Source: Nanobdellota archaeon (GTDB lineage Archaea > Nanobdellota > Nanobdellia > Parvarchaeales > Parvarchaeaceae). From it: a stretch of 61,035 bases of DNA. Position numbers and translations under genes: made by a program. Where the stretch lies: positions 1-61,035 of the forward strand of contig JAJZWM010000003.1 in assembly GCA_021846665.1 (NCBI GenBank), read 5' to 3'. The notes beneath the pieces were generated by a model that made no database searches, was not told where the DNA came from, and saw only the letters and a program-made list of their open reading frames with translations. Each line of letters starts with the position of its first letter. The first letter of the stretch is position 1. Shown here piece after piece: positions 1-9,563 of the stretch.

Positions 1-941
1 CCTTTTTTAACGGTCTTTATTTCTTCTGCCGATAATACAGACCTACCAAGTGCAATAAGTTCTCCTTTAAGTGTCATTATACCTATAACTTCGTCTTTAT
101 TGAAATCTGTAAATTTAACTATGCCTGGAACAGCAAGAGGAGAACCATGACAGATAGGATCAACAGCTGTATCGGAAATAAAAACCTTTGGCAAAAAGTC
201 TATTGCTGACTCTATACTTCCAAGACATTTATTTAACAGCCTTTCGTCATTTTCTTTCTCATAAAAATAAACCGCATCTTCTAAATCCTGTAATGTGACT
301 AGGTTATCTTTCTCTGACAGCGTTGAAACCTTTGTCCTTCTTAGCTCTACCATGTGTGCGCCGATTTTTAACTCCTCTCCCATGTCATGTATAAGCTTTC
401 TTATATATGTTCCAGATTCTACGCCAACTTTAAAAAGAACATCTTTTCCGTCTATTTCCAATATCTCAGAATAGTATATCTCTCTTTGTCTATACTGCCG
501 TTTAACATGAGATCTAACTGGTGGTAATTGCATTATTTTCCCTATGAATTTGTTAAACGTATCTCTAAGTAATTGCTCATCGACTTCACTATGCAGATGC
601 ATCAGAGCTATGTATTCCTTCCCCCCAAAAAGAAGCACTGGGAGAACCTTCGTAGCATTATTTATAGCCAGAGGCAAAAGGCCTGTTACATTAGGATTTC
701 TTCAATCTTCTAAAGTCCCTGAGTAACCTACCTTCTTTGCACCCAGTCCTGCTATAATATTCTTTGCTATGTAGGCTGCGGTCTTAGACCTTATACCTGC
801 TGGTTTATCCAGAAGTATAAAACCGTAGTTTATCCTTTCCTTTATGCTTCTATCCTTTGGAGCTTTACCGTATCTGCTATCGGTTTCTTCCTCTCTCAAG
901 GAAAAGACTTCGTGTTTGAAATCCTCCAAAGGCAGTTTCAT
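1..941 (-). CDS. cbf5: Pseudouridine synthase Cbf5 (H/ACA RNP catalytic subunit). The C-terminus runs off the window start. The frame is interrupted by an in-frame TGA (702-704) inside the catalytic motif.
   Basis: N-terminal ORF 702-941 ends ...LLDKPAGIRSKTAAY...KKVGYSGTLED*. Continuing in the same frame gives RNPNVTGLLPLAINNATKVLP...GKEYIALMHLH...LPPVRS...GTYIRKLIHDMG...HMVELRRTK, followed by a PUA-like tail (DTAVDPICHGSPLAVPGI...). This is collinear with archaeal Cbf5 (GHGGTLDPKVTGVLPVA...KEY..MHLH). Confidence 0.85.
698..709 (-). other. Candidate 12-nt bulge-helix-loop (relaxed BHB) mini-intron in cbf5 mRNA. An equivalent register is 697-708.
   Basis: mRNA reads 5'-GUUAC UCA GGGA CUUU AG^AAGAUU GAAG AA^A UCCU AAU GUAAC-3'. 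Outer helices are GUUAC/GUAAC (5 bp) and GGGA/UCCU (4 bp). The central 4-bp helix is CUUU/GAAG, with a 3-nt AAA bulge on the 3' strand and an 8-nt loop on the other side. Cutting at the canonical positions removes AAGAUUGAAGAA, which contains the UGA, and joins ACU UUA G|AU CCU to give T-L-D-P. Confidence 0.55.
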
Positions 942-1050
942 TTTATTTAATCGTAAATCTAAAGATTAAAACTTTGCTTTTTATCTAATAGCTGGTTTAT
1001 TTTCAAATAAACTAAATTTAATACTATATAATTAAAATAAGAATTATATT

Positions 1051-1602
1051 TTATATTTTCTGCTTTATTATATAATCAGAACAAAGTTGTACAACACTTT
1101 CTAAGTCTATATTTGATGAATCAATGACAAGATTAAAGGGAGTAAAGTCTTTGTCTATTTCTATCCCATATATTTTTTTGTAGATATTTTTTGTAAGCAA
1201 GTCCTTCTGTTTCATAAATTTCATTGCATCGCTAAAACTTATTTTATCTCTAATACTTACTCTTTTTGCCCTAACGCTTTCATCTGCCTTTATATATATT
1301 TTTATTGTTTCTTTGTCATTTATCTTCCACGGAGCTACCCAACTATCAAGAACTACATCCTTTTTTTTCTTAAAAAATGAAAGAATAAATGAATCAAGTC
1401 TTTTATCATATTGAGGATTCTTTAACCTGAATTTTACTGCTTCTATCCCCTTTTTTGACTCCCAAACCATAAAATCCTTCTTTGGAAGTAGACTTTTTAA
1501 TTTAGAACTAGCTGAGAAGTATTCAATCCCGAAGTTGAGAGCCAGAGTAGTAGCAACGCTCGACTTGCCTGAAGCAGTTAGTCCTGAAACTATTACTCTC
1601 AT
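1051..1602 (-). CDS. cmk: P-loop nucleoside monophosphate kinase, archaeal cytidylate kinase-like
   Basis: N-terminal Walker A motif (VSGLTASGKSS). Size is about 180 aa. It sits next to cbf5, as cmk does in many archaea. ATGA overlap with aglB. Confidence 0.55.
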   Translation of the reverse strand: MRVIVSGLTASGKSSVATTLALNFGIEYFSASSKLKSLLPKKDFMVWESKKGIEAVKFRLKNPQYDKRLDSFILSFFKKKKDVVLDSWVAPWKINDKETIKIYIKADESVRAKRVSIRDKISFSDAMKFMKQKDLLTKNIYKKIYGIEIDKDFTPFNLVIDSSNIDLESVVQLCSDYIIKQKI

Positions 1603-4600
1603 GATTGATTAATTGGCGTATTATTTATAAGTTTACTGTATTTTGAGAATACTGCTGGTAGATAACTTAGATTATCACAATAATTCTGAGCTGAAGGTGA
1701 AACTGAACATTCCCCAGTAAGCATATATTTGCTTAGCACAGAATAATTTATCTGATAAACATTTACATCTGTAAGTACTTGGTTCTCTATACTTAGTAAA
1801 GAGTTTACTGGCATGTTATCGGTATAAAGTAGCTTGAACCCAGGTATGCTTTCATTGAGAAGGTAAAGCTTATCAAACAATGTATTCATAGTATCATTAG
1901 GCATGTATAACAAACCGGGGCTATTTCCAAACTGTGACATATTTATTGGCAGTACCTCATATCCTCCAGGTGCTTGAGGTATACCGCCTATATGAAGATC
2001 AACTGAGTTAGTAGCATTCAAAAGCATCATTCCGCCAGGTATACCATTATCTGTGACTTCTTTACAGCCTACACTATAAACACAGTTATAATCTAATGGT
2101 AATGGACTAGAAAATTGCGCAGTAAGCTCATCATATACTATCCCGTATGGATTCCCCATGCTTGTTATTATACCATTACTACTTGCATTCAAAGGTATGA
2201 GAACCTCTACTAAAAGATCATTATTTGCATTACCTGGTAAACCTGGTATTGTTGCATTTGAATACATAGAAGCTATCTGTCCATTTGTATCTCCAAAGTC
2301 AAGTAAATATTTGTAACTTTTATTTCCGATATTCTGACTGTTTATAGTGACATTAGTTTCTGCCATAGGAGTAAATGAAGTAGGCTCTAACGCAATTGTA
2401 GAGATAGCAGAGAATTTTTCTACCTCACTGCCACTTATCACAGCATAAGTTGGCTGATGTATGTAATGAAGGTAAGTTGAATAAGTATACGGAGAAGTTG
2501 CTTCAAAGAAGTACTTTGCTATCATTGACTGATAACCATAAGCATTACTTCCGTCAGCTACAGTTGTTCTGTTAGCTATTGCTTCTTCCCAGTAACCATA
2601 ATCCCACCATGATATTATCGAAGTATTAACGGGTGTATTCTGGCTTACCCACTGTAATGTAGGACCCCAAAGTAAAAGTCCACTTCCACTTGACTTTGCA
2701 GTTTGATATGACAAAGAAAGACTAGAATGTAGATCTGCAGCAATGAAAGCGATCGCTATTATTATTATAACGACAGAAACAAGCATCATATTCTTACTAG
2801 AATTTTTAAAGAACTTACTTGTAATGTTTATAGATCCCCTGAAGAAATAAACTATTGCAAATGGTATTATTATTGCTGCTGCCAGTTCTGTTGGCTCTAA
2901 TAATCTACTTTCGACATTTGAAAGTATAACCGTAGCTACAAAGAAAAAGAAGGGTATTATAGCTAATAGAGAAAGCATGTTAACATCCTGTTGTTTATCA
3001 AAGGCAAACTCTAATATAAGTATGACAACAAGAGCTACGGCACCATACTTGTAGTTATGTACAGTTGAATTCATGTTCCATAGAACAACAAGCATTATCA
3101 ATGAGATTAATGTAAGAAATAATACAAGACTTAGAATCCTCTTAGATTCCATTTCATTTTTATGCAGTAATAAATAACCCAAAGGTATAAAGTCAAGAGC
3201 TATAAATATAAACAGAAATGAATATGAAGTAGCATCAGGGCTAAATGTTCCCCCATTAAGCATCAGTATAAATGGAACGCTTAACAAGAATGGAATATAC
3301 CAGTGTTTAAATCTTTTTAGTATAATATAAAGAAGGAATACTGCTCCTGCACAAAATAAAAGGAAATTTATACCTAATGATCCGACGAGAAAATTGAAGT
3401 CCTGCACTCTTTGCGTTAAATTTAAAGGAGCATACTCCGCAATGGTCTGTGTTACTGGATTCACTATACCTACTCCTAGAGGATGTATAAATTCGGATAC
3501 GACTCTTGAAAAAGCATGCTTTAGAGTATTAAAGCCTGTAAGCGCTACTAAAACTAAGGAAAGGATTATACTGTATATAGCGATTGAAAATCCATTATTT
3601 ATTAGGGGTATTTTCATTTTGTGCTTGTATCTGTCGTATACTATCAGTTTAAAGAGTACTAAGACATAAGAAAACAACATTGGATAGTAAAGAGCGCTGT
3701 GTATAACATCTGAGAAAGTAAATGTAACAAAACTTACTTTTATAGGGATCCATATTGCAAACAGTAAATAAGCGAGCATGTCTCCCTTTTTAGCGTATCC
3801 AAGCAAAACAATTATTATGTAGATTACAGGTATTATAAGTATAAGATACTCGCTGTATCCACTTGCTGCTGTCGCAAGCCCCGTAGCTATTCCTGTAGCT
3901 AAGCCATAAATCATCTTACTTCTTGTTCTTTTTGATTTTAGAGATTTAGACAAAAAGAAAATTGTCAGCAGAATAAACATAAATCCGAGAGAAGTTTTCT
4001 GCGAAAAACCAGCAGTAGAACGACTAAGGAATGTAAGAAAAGCGGGTAAGATAAACGCACTTATACTGGCTATCCAGTAATCTCCAAACAATTCCAATGC
4101 TATTAAGAAAAGAAGAAGGGCCGAAAAGATAGCAAAGAACGCAGGCAAAAACATAAAAGAAGTCATTGGGACTGCACCCTTTACTATTGGATCAATAAGC
4201 CTTGCAGAATAAGCACCGAAGAAAGATACCATAAGCTCGTCTGTCCTAGAAGGCAAACCTATTGGTAAGTACTCTAAATGATTTATTGCTGGAACATTAC
4301 CTGTTTTAAGGATATTCTGCATTTGTATGTAGAATATATATGGGTCAAGACCGGAAAGAGAGCCGCCCATTCCAAGATAATTATTTCCTATTAATGAAGA
4401 ATTTGACTGCAATGGGTTCAATAAAGCAGGAATGCTTGCAGTATGAATAGCCCAGCCCCCTGGTATAAAACTACCGAAACCTACTGTCACTGCAAGTATA
4501 AGAAGTATATAAAACAAGACTCTTTTCTTTATTAATAAATCGTAAGCTTTTTTACCGAAACTCTTGAAGGCTGATAAATTCAATTCTATCTCTACTTCAC

Positions 4601-4805
4601 TAACTTTTTTCTTAGAAACCTCTTCTTTTACCTGCTCTAATTTTTCTGATTCTTTTTTAAGTAAGTCTATCTTTTCTTCTTCTTTTTTTAACCCTGTTTC
4701 TTCTTTCTTTACCTGCACTTCCTCTTTTTTAATCTCTTGCTCTATCTTTTTTTCTTCTTTGGAAGCTTCCTGCTCGATTCTTCTAAGTTCTTTATCTTCG
4801 GCCAT
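1599..4805 (-). CDS. aglB: Dolichyl-phosphooligosaccharide-protein glycotransferase AglB (STT3 family oligosaccharyltransferase) with an N-terminal Glu/Lys-rich extension
   Basis: Multi-TM N-terminal half, WWDYGYW (WWDYG) motif and a large C-terminal soluble domain. The first ~75 aa are a charged EK-rich segment. Confidence 0.9.
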   Translation of the reverse strand: MAEDKELRRIEQEASKEEKKIEQEIKKEEVQVKKEETGLKKEEEKIDLLKKESEKLEQVKEEVSKKKVSEVEIELNLSAFKSFGKKAYDLLIKKRVLFYILLILAVTVGFGSFIPGGWAIHTASIPALLNPLQSNSSLIGNNYLGMGGSLSGLDPYIFYIQMQNILKTGNVPAINHLEYLPIGLPSRTDELMVSFFGAYSARLIDPIVKGAVPMTSFMFLPAFFAIFSALLLFLIALELFGDYWIASISAFILPAFLTFLSRSTAGFSQKTSLGFMFILLTIFFLSKSLKSKRTRSKMIYGLATGIATGLATAASGYSEYLILIIPVIYIIIVLLGYAKKGDMLAYLLFAIWIPIKVSFVTFTFSDVIHSALYYPMLFSYVLVLFKLIVYDRYKHKMKIPLINNGFSIAIYSIILSLVLVALTGFNTLKHAFSRVVSEFIHPLGVGIVNPVTQTIAEYAPLNLTQRVQDFNFLVGSLGINFLLFCAGAVFLLYIILKRFKHWYIPFLLSVPFILMLNGGTFSPDATSYSFLFIFIALDFIPLGYLLLHKNEMESKRILSLVLFLTLISLIMLVVLWNMNSTVHNYKYGAVALVVILILEFAFDKQQDVNMLSLLAIIPFFFFVATVILSNVESRLLEPTELAAAIIIPFAIVYFFRGSINITSKFFKNSSKNMMLVSVVIIIIAIAFIAADLHSSLSLSYQTAKSSGSGLLLWGPTLQWVSQNTPVNTSIISWWDYGYWEEAIANRTTVADGSNAYGYQSMIAKYFFEATSPYTYSTYLHYIHQPTYAVISGSEVEKFSAISTIALEPTSFTPMAETNVTINSQNIGNKSYKYLLDFGDTNGQIASMYSNATIPGLPGNANNDLLVEVLIPLNASSNGIITSMGNPYGIVYDELTAQFSSPLPLDYNCVYSVGCKEVTDNGIPGGMMLLNATNSVDLHIGGIPQAPGGYEVLPINMSQFGNSPGLLYMPNDTMNTLFDKLYLLNESIPGFKLLYTDNMPVNSLLSIENQVLTDVNVYQINYSVLSKYMLTGECSVSPSAQNYCDNLSYLPAVFSKYSKLINNTPINQS

Positions 4806-4852
4806 AATTCAAATATATAGAGAAATTACTACTGATTATTAAACCTTTCGAA

Positions 4853-5632
4853 TTAAAAATCTTGCGTTTCTATATCCCATGAATCATGCTTCCAGAGCAA
4901 AAATTCAGGTTTATTTAAGAAAATAAAATGTTCGGGGTGTGCTATGTACTCGTCGTATATGCTCTTTGAATAATCAAGAAAAGGCAGTTTCTCTGCTTCC
5001 TTATGTTTAAGTGTCGTTTCTTTGTAATTTTTATTTAAGACTATGTTCCCGTTCCTTAAAAGAAAAAGAGCGCCACCGCCCATTGCTTGTACCGACTTAT
5101 AATCAGAATCAAAAGTAGAATTCACTAGATTTGCCTCGATCAAAAGACCTTTTCCGACGTTTATCGAAAAATGACCGTAATTAGGCGGCATTATCACTTT
5201 ATCACCTGCTTTTGCATGTACAAGTTCTAAATCAAAACTACCATCATCGTTTCTTTTCTGTAAAAGGTAGATAGCTTCGCCACTTATTATTTCATATAAC
5301 TCTGGATAAGCCAGCCCTTTTTCAACAAGAGGATGATAATGTCCAAGAGTCTTTGTAAACTCGCCACCTAAATCATAATTTTCAATAACAGTAACGTCAT
5401 ATCTTATATTGTGTGCTGAGAAAACCGTTGCATTCTTAGAAACTCCTGCTGCTCTATACATTCTATATATTATATCATTCATGTTTTTGCTATTTATGAA
5501 TTCTTTATTGAATAGTACGTCCTTCATTTCACCAACTTTACGAACTGAAAAAGCTACTTCCTTACCATCGGCAAACAGCTTTCTTTCTTTTTCATCAAAT
5601 TCGATATCAACTGCCTTCACATTAAGTTTCAT
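4853..5632 (-). CDS. pgiA: Cupin-type glucose-6-phosphate isomerase
   Basis: TLGHYHP and PPNYGHFSIN motifs match the cupin phosphoglucose isomerase signatures (TxGHYH ... PPxxxHxxxN). Confidence 0.65.
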   Translation of the reverse strand: MKLNVKAVDIEFDEKERKLFADGKEVAFSVRKVGEMKDVLFNKEFINSKNMNDIIYRMYRAAGVSKNATVFSAHNIRYDVTVIENYDLGGEFTKTLGHYHPLVEKGLAYPELYEIISGEAIYLLQKRNDDGSFDLELVHAKAGDKVIMPPNYGHFSINVGKGLLIEANLVNSTFDSDYKSVQAMGGGALFLLRNGNIVLNKNYKETTLKHKEAEKLPFLDYSKSIYDEYIAHPEHFIFLNKPEFLLWKHDSWDIETQDF

Positions 5633-5655
5633 AACACTATAAACATTTACTAAGT

Positions 5656-7200
5656 TTAATACTTTTTATAGAAAGTCCTAACAAACTTATCTGCTTTAAG
5701 CAGCTTGATTATAAACCTAAGCTCTTTATTACTTACAGTTTTCGTAACATACAGCATTAAAACGTAGAAAACTAGAGCAGCGATCAAAAGCAGTGGTAGA
5801 TACGCTAGCCTTGTAACAACCTTTAAGAGAAAATAAAGGAAAATACCCATTAATAAAACAGATAAGATTGCTTTTAATAGCTCCTTATATGGTAATTTTA
5901 TTTTTATGTACCTTGAAACTAAAATAAGATTTACTACTAAAGTAGACAATGTAACAGCAAAGTATGCAATTGCTGCACCTACTGAATATAGAATAGGGAC
6001 TAATATAATGGTAAGAGTTATCCCCACTACTGCTCCGGTTATTACTGAATACATTGCATATTTCTGCTTACCTGTTGCACTTAAAACCTGTGTAATAGGT
6101 CCAAATATACTAGAAATAAGAACCGGTATAAGAAGAATTATAAATGGAATTTCAGCGCCTAGGAAGGTAGATTTATAAAGGTATGAAATAAGTTTCGGTG
6201 CAGATATTATAGAAGCTGTAACAAGGGGAAAAGTAAGCAAGAAAGAGTATTTTATAAGCCTATGTTGAAGTCTGTAAAACCCTTCAAATTGTTTTCTTTC
6301 AAAAAACTTTGTTATTGATGCAAAGAAAGCAGAACCTATTGCAGCGGCCGGTAGTCCAAGCATACCTGCCATTATTAGCCCTACTCTGTAAAAGCTTACT
6401 GACGAAATGTTAGAGGAAACTGCCCCAAGAAATAAAGCTATAACTGGACCATAAGAAAGTGAAATTACTGTCATAATATATGAGAAATTTCTATAGCTAT
6501 AGAAATGTGTCAAGTCCTCCTTTTCTGGCCTTGCTGACTTTGGAAAGCCCTTAACGGAGCGATATAAAAGGAAAATTCCTACAGTTGCAGTTATAAGGTA
6601 AACTACATCGTAAAATTTAATTGCGCCTATCAAACCAAAACCCAAATATACTACTATTAACTGCATTACCCGAAGAAAATCGTATAATACTCCAGTAATA
6701 AAGCTATTCTTCATCTTTTGGAAACCTATAAATGAAGGTTCCGTAAAATTACCAGAAAGAGAGTAAAAAACAAGCCCGAAAGCAAGTACCTTTATAAGAT
6801 ATCCGACCTCTGCCGAATGATATATAGAAGCAATTACACCAGAAAGAGAAAATAATATTATAGAAGCAATAAGAGATGAAACTACTACAAGTATAAAATA
6901 ATGCCTAATTACCCACATCAATCTAGAAGCTGAATTCTGTGCACGGTATTTTGATATTGCATACTGCACTGCTGAATTTATACCTAAGCCGGCAATAGTC
7001 GAAGCGAAGCCCCAATATAGAACGACTACAGTATAATAACCATAGTTTATTGGTCCAAGAAACCTTACCAAAAGAACACTTATAAGAAAAGAAACAAAGA
7101 ACTTTGATCCTGAACGAAGAAAACCATATACACTATTCGAAGCCACTAAGCCCTGCTCTTCTTCTATGTTTATTTCATCATTATTGACAGGCTGTTCCAT
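5656..7200 (-). CDS. MOP/Wzx-family polysaccharide or oligosaccharide flippase (AglR-like)
   Basis: 514 aa, about 14 predicted TM segments, with the typical polysaccharide-biosynthesis-protein layout. Lies in the aglB neighbourhood. Confidence 0.6.
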   Translation of the reverse strand: MEQPVNNDEINIEEEQGLVASNSVYGFLRSGSKFFVSFLISVLLVRFLGPINYGYYTVVVLYWGFASTIAGLGINSAVQYAISKYRAQNSASRLMWVIRHYFILVVVSSLIASIILFSLSGVIASIYHSAEVGYLIKVLAFGLVFYSLSGNFTEPSFIGFQKMKNSFITGVLYDFLRVMQLIVVYLGFGLIGAIKFYDVVYLITATVGIFLLYRSVKGFPKSARPEKEDLTHFYSYRNFSYIMTVISLSYGPVIALFLGAVSSNISSVSFYRVGLIMAGMLGLPAAAIGSAFFASITKFFERKQFEGFYRLQHRLIKYSFLLTFPLVTASIISAPKLISYLYKSTFLGAEIPFIILLIPVLISSIFGPITQVLSATGKQKYAMYSVITGAVVGITLTIILVPILYSVGAAIAYFAVTLSTLVVNLILVSRYIKIKLPYKELLKAILSVLLMGIFLYFLLKVVTRLAYLPLLLIAALVFYVLMLYVTKTVSNKELRFIIKLLKADKFVRTFYKKY

Positions 7201-7282
7201 CGAAATACACGCTATTTTATACTTGTATTATAATGCACTAAATTTATGTATTTAAATAATAATCAAACAATAGTAATTAAAT

Positions 7283-7636
7283 ATGGTTTTACTACTGCAA
7301 GAAATAGGATTAAATGTTATAATATCGGCTGCAATAGTTATTGGCTATCTTATAGGCATATCGACACAGGAAGAAATAGAAGGCATAGCCAAAAAAATGA
7401 AAGCAGAAAAAATATTTTCTTATCCCCTCATAATAGCCGAGATTATAATTGTATCTTTAACATTGTATAGATACAGCAATTATTATATTATAGTTTCATC
7501 GGTGATAATGCTTTTAAACCTTTGCTTCTCTGCGCTTTACAACGCTGAAAAATCCGATCTACAAAGAACATTAAATTATATAATCTCTTTCTTAGTTCCT
7601 TCTTTAATAATTGGAACTATAATAATTATACTATGA
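7283..7636 (+). CDS. Small integral membrane protein, unknown function
   Basis: 117 aa with 3-4 hydrophobic segments. ATGA-type overlap with the downstream GTPase gene. Confidence 0.4.
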   Translation: MVLLLQEIGLNVIISAAIVIGYLIGISTQEEIEGIAKKMKAEKIFSYPLIIAEIIIVSLTLYRYSNYYIIVSSVIMLLNLCFSALYNAEKSDLQRTLNYIISFLVPSLIIGTIIIIL

Positions 7637-8772
7637 AGATAGGAATAATAGGAAGGACGAACGTGGGAAAAAGCACTCTTTTTAAGGCTTTAACCCTTGA
7701 AGAAGTTGAAATAGAAGATAGGCCATTTACGACTATAGAACCAAATAAAGGAGTTGGATATGTTACTGTAGAATGCCCTGAGAAGTACTTCAATGTAAAA
7801 TGCAACCCACACAATGCACCCTGTATTGATGGCATAAGATTTGTACCAATTAACATAATAGACGTTGCCGGTTTAGTAGAAGGAGCAAGTGAAGGAAAAG
7901 GCCTTGGAAATAAGTTTCTAAGTGATATAATGGAAGCAGATGCAATAATAGAAGTAATAGATATATCTGGAAATACTGACAGCAATGGCAATAAAACTAA
8001 AGATTTTGATCCGGCAATAGATATAGAAATGGTTGACAATGAGATAAAGAAATGGATTGCTTCGATAATATTAAGATCGAGATATGTAGGAAAAGATGAT
8101 ATTGCAGATATAATATTCAAAAATGTGTCTGGGATAAACATAAAGTACTCAACAGTAAAAGAAGTAGTAAAGGAACTCAATATAAAGGAAATAAATGAGG
8201 ATACTGCTTTTAATATGGCTTCTTTAATGATGGAAAAAGACAAACCTATACTTATCCTGTGCAATAAAATGGATTCTGTTGAAGATTTAGAAGAAAGAAT
8301 AAAAAAACTCAAAGAAAGATTTCATTATGACTTTATGGCATGCTCAGCTGCTGCAGAGCTTACAATAAAAGAAGCAGAGAAGAGTGGATTTATACGTTTT
8401 AAAGACAACAAAATTGAGAGATTAAAAGAATTAAGCAATGATCAGGAAAAAGCTATAAACATAATAGAGAAGATAATTAAAAAATACGGCGGAACTGGAG
8501 TAAGAGAAGCTTTAAACCATCTTGTATTCGAATTGAAGGGTTATAAAGTGGTTTTCCCAGTAGAAGATGAAAAGAAGCTTACTGACAGCATTGGGAGGAT
8601 TCTTCCTGATGCATATCTTGTGGAAAAAGATGCAACTCCTAAAGATGTAGCTGCAATGATACATAGTGATATAGCTAAAAACTATAAAGGTGCTATAGAC
8701 TGCAAAACCAACTTAAAAGTAAAGAATGATGCGCCTGTCAAAAATGGCCAAGTTCTAAAGATACTTATATGA
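7633..8772 (+). CDS. Obg-superfamily GTPase, YchF/OLA1-like, with a C-terminal TGS-like domain
   Basis: G1 motif GRTNVGKSTLF, PFTTIEPN (G2) and DVAGLV (G3). Length is about 380 aa. Confidence 0.75.
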   Translation: MKIGIIGRTNVGKSTLFKALTLEEVEIEDRPFTTIEPNKGVGYVTVECPEKYFNVKCNPHNAPCIDGIRFVPINIIDVAGLVEGASEGKGLGNKFLSDIMEADAIIEVIDISGNTDSNGNKTKDFDPAIDIEMVDNEIKKWIASIILRSRYVGKDDIADIIFKNVSGINIKYSTVKEVVKELNIKEINEDTAFNMASLMMEKDKPILILCNKMDSVEDLEERIKKLKERFHYDFMACSAAAELTIKEAEKSGFIRFKDNKIERLKELSNDQEKAINIIEKIIKKYGGTGVREALNHLVFELKGYKVVFPVEDEKKLTDSIGRILPDAYLVEKDATPKDVAAMIHSDIAKNYKGAIDCKTNLKVKNDAPVKNGQVLKILI

Positions 8773-9563
8773 ACAATACAAAAGTTTTCCTTAAAGACGA
8801 AAAAACGTTTGAAAAGATAATAAAAGCGTCAGATCTTAAAAAGGATGATGTAGTTATAGAGATAGGAAGTGGTGATGGGAGATTAACAAAACGGATATCA
8901 CCATATGTAAAAAAAGTATATGCCATAGAAATAGATACAAATCTTTTTGATTCCGCAAGAACAATGCTGGAAGATCTTAAAAATGTAGAATTCATAAACA
9001 AGGATGCATTAGAAATGGAATTCCCAAATGACGCAAACAAAATAATATCAAACTTACCGTATGCAATATCATCACCTATAACAGAAAAAATAATATATTT
9101 TCTTAATGGAAAAAAGGATTCTTTGGCAGTATTGATGTACCAGCTAGAATTTGGTGAAAGAATGCTCGCATTTCCAGGGATAAGAGATTATTCAATGATA
9201 TCTATTTTCACACAGTATACCTGTAATATAGAACTTGTTTCTAGAGTTAGTAAAAATGCATTTAGACCTAAGCCAGCTGTTGAATCTATAATATTAAGAA
9301 TAAAACCGAAAAACATAAAGATAAATGAGGATTTTCTTGCTTTTTCAAGGCTTCTTTTTCAACACAAGAAGAAAAATTTGTACTCTGCTATAATGGACAG
9401 CAGAGGAAAGCTTAACTTAAAATCAAAGGAGGAAATAAGAAATAAGCTAAAAGAATTTAAGCAAAAGGATAAATTAAAGCAGAAAGTCTTTTACTTAGAA
9501 ATACATGAGCTAGAAGATATATACGATGAGATGCTAAGGATAGGAATATGCAAAAAGAAGTAA
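8769..9563 (+). CDS. rsmA: 16S rRNA (adenine1518/1519-N6)-dimethyltransferase KsgA/Dim1
   Basis: SAM motif VIEIGSGDGRLT and catalytic NLPYAISSP. Confidence 0.85.
   Translation: MNNTKVFLKDEKTFEKIIKASDLKKDDVVIEIGSGDGRLTKRISPYVKKVYAIEIDTNLFDSARTMLEDLKNVEFINKDALEMEFPNDANKIISNLPYAISSPITEKIIYFLNGKKDSLAVLMYQLEFGERMLAFPGIRDYSMISIFTQYTCNIELVSRVSKNAFRPKPAVESIILRIKPKNIKINEDFLAFSRLLFQHKKKNLYSAIMDSRGKLNLKSKEEIRNKLKEFKQKDKLKQKVFYLEIHELEDIYDEMLRIGICKKK

Noticed and set aside
702-704. The TGA in cbf5 as a recoded sense codon (Trp/Gly/Sec) or programmed read-through
   Set aside because: TGA clearly acts as a stop at many coupled junctions in this window (ATGA overlaps at 1599-1602, 8769-8772, 21560-21563, 25901-25904, 53106-53109). 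Read-through would also leave a 4-residue insertion in the catalytic GTLDP loop. No SECIS-like element was recognised.
3394-4842. Plus-strand ORFs 3394-3669 and 4564-4842
   Set aside because: Antisense to aglB. They have Ser/Phe-rich shadow-frame composition and no ribosome-binding site.
7626-8312. 228-aa minus-strand ORF
   Set aside because: It is antisense to the GTPase gene, which has clear G1-G3 motifs. Its composition is low-complexity Ser/Ile/Phe, typical of a shadow ORF in AT-rich DNA.
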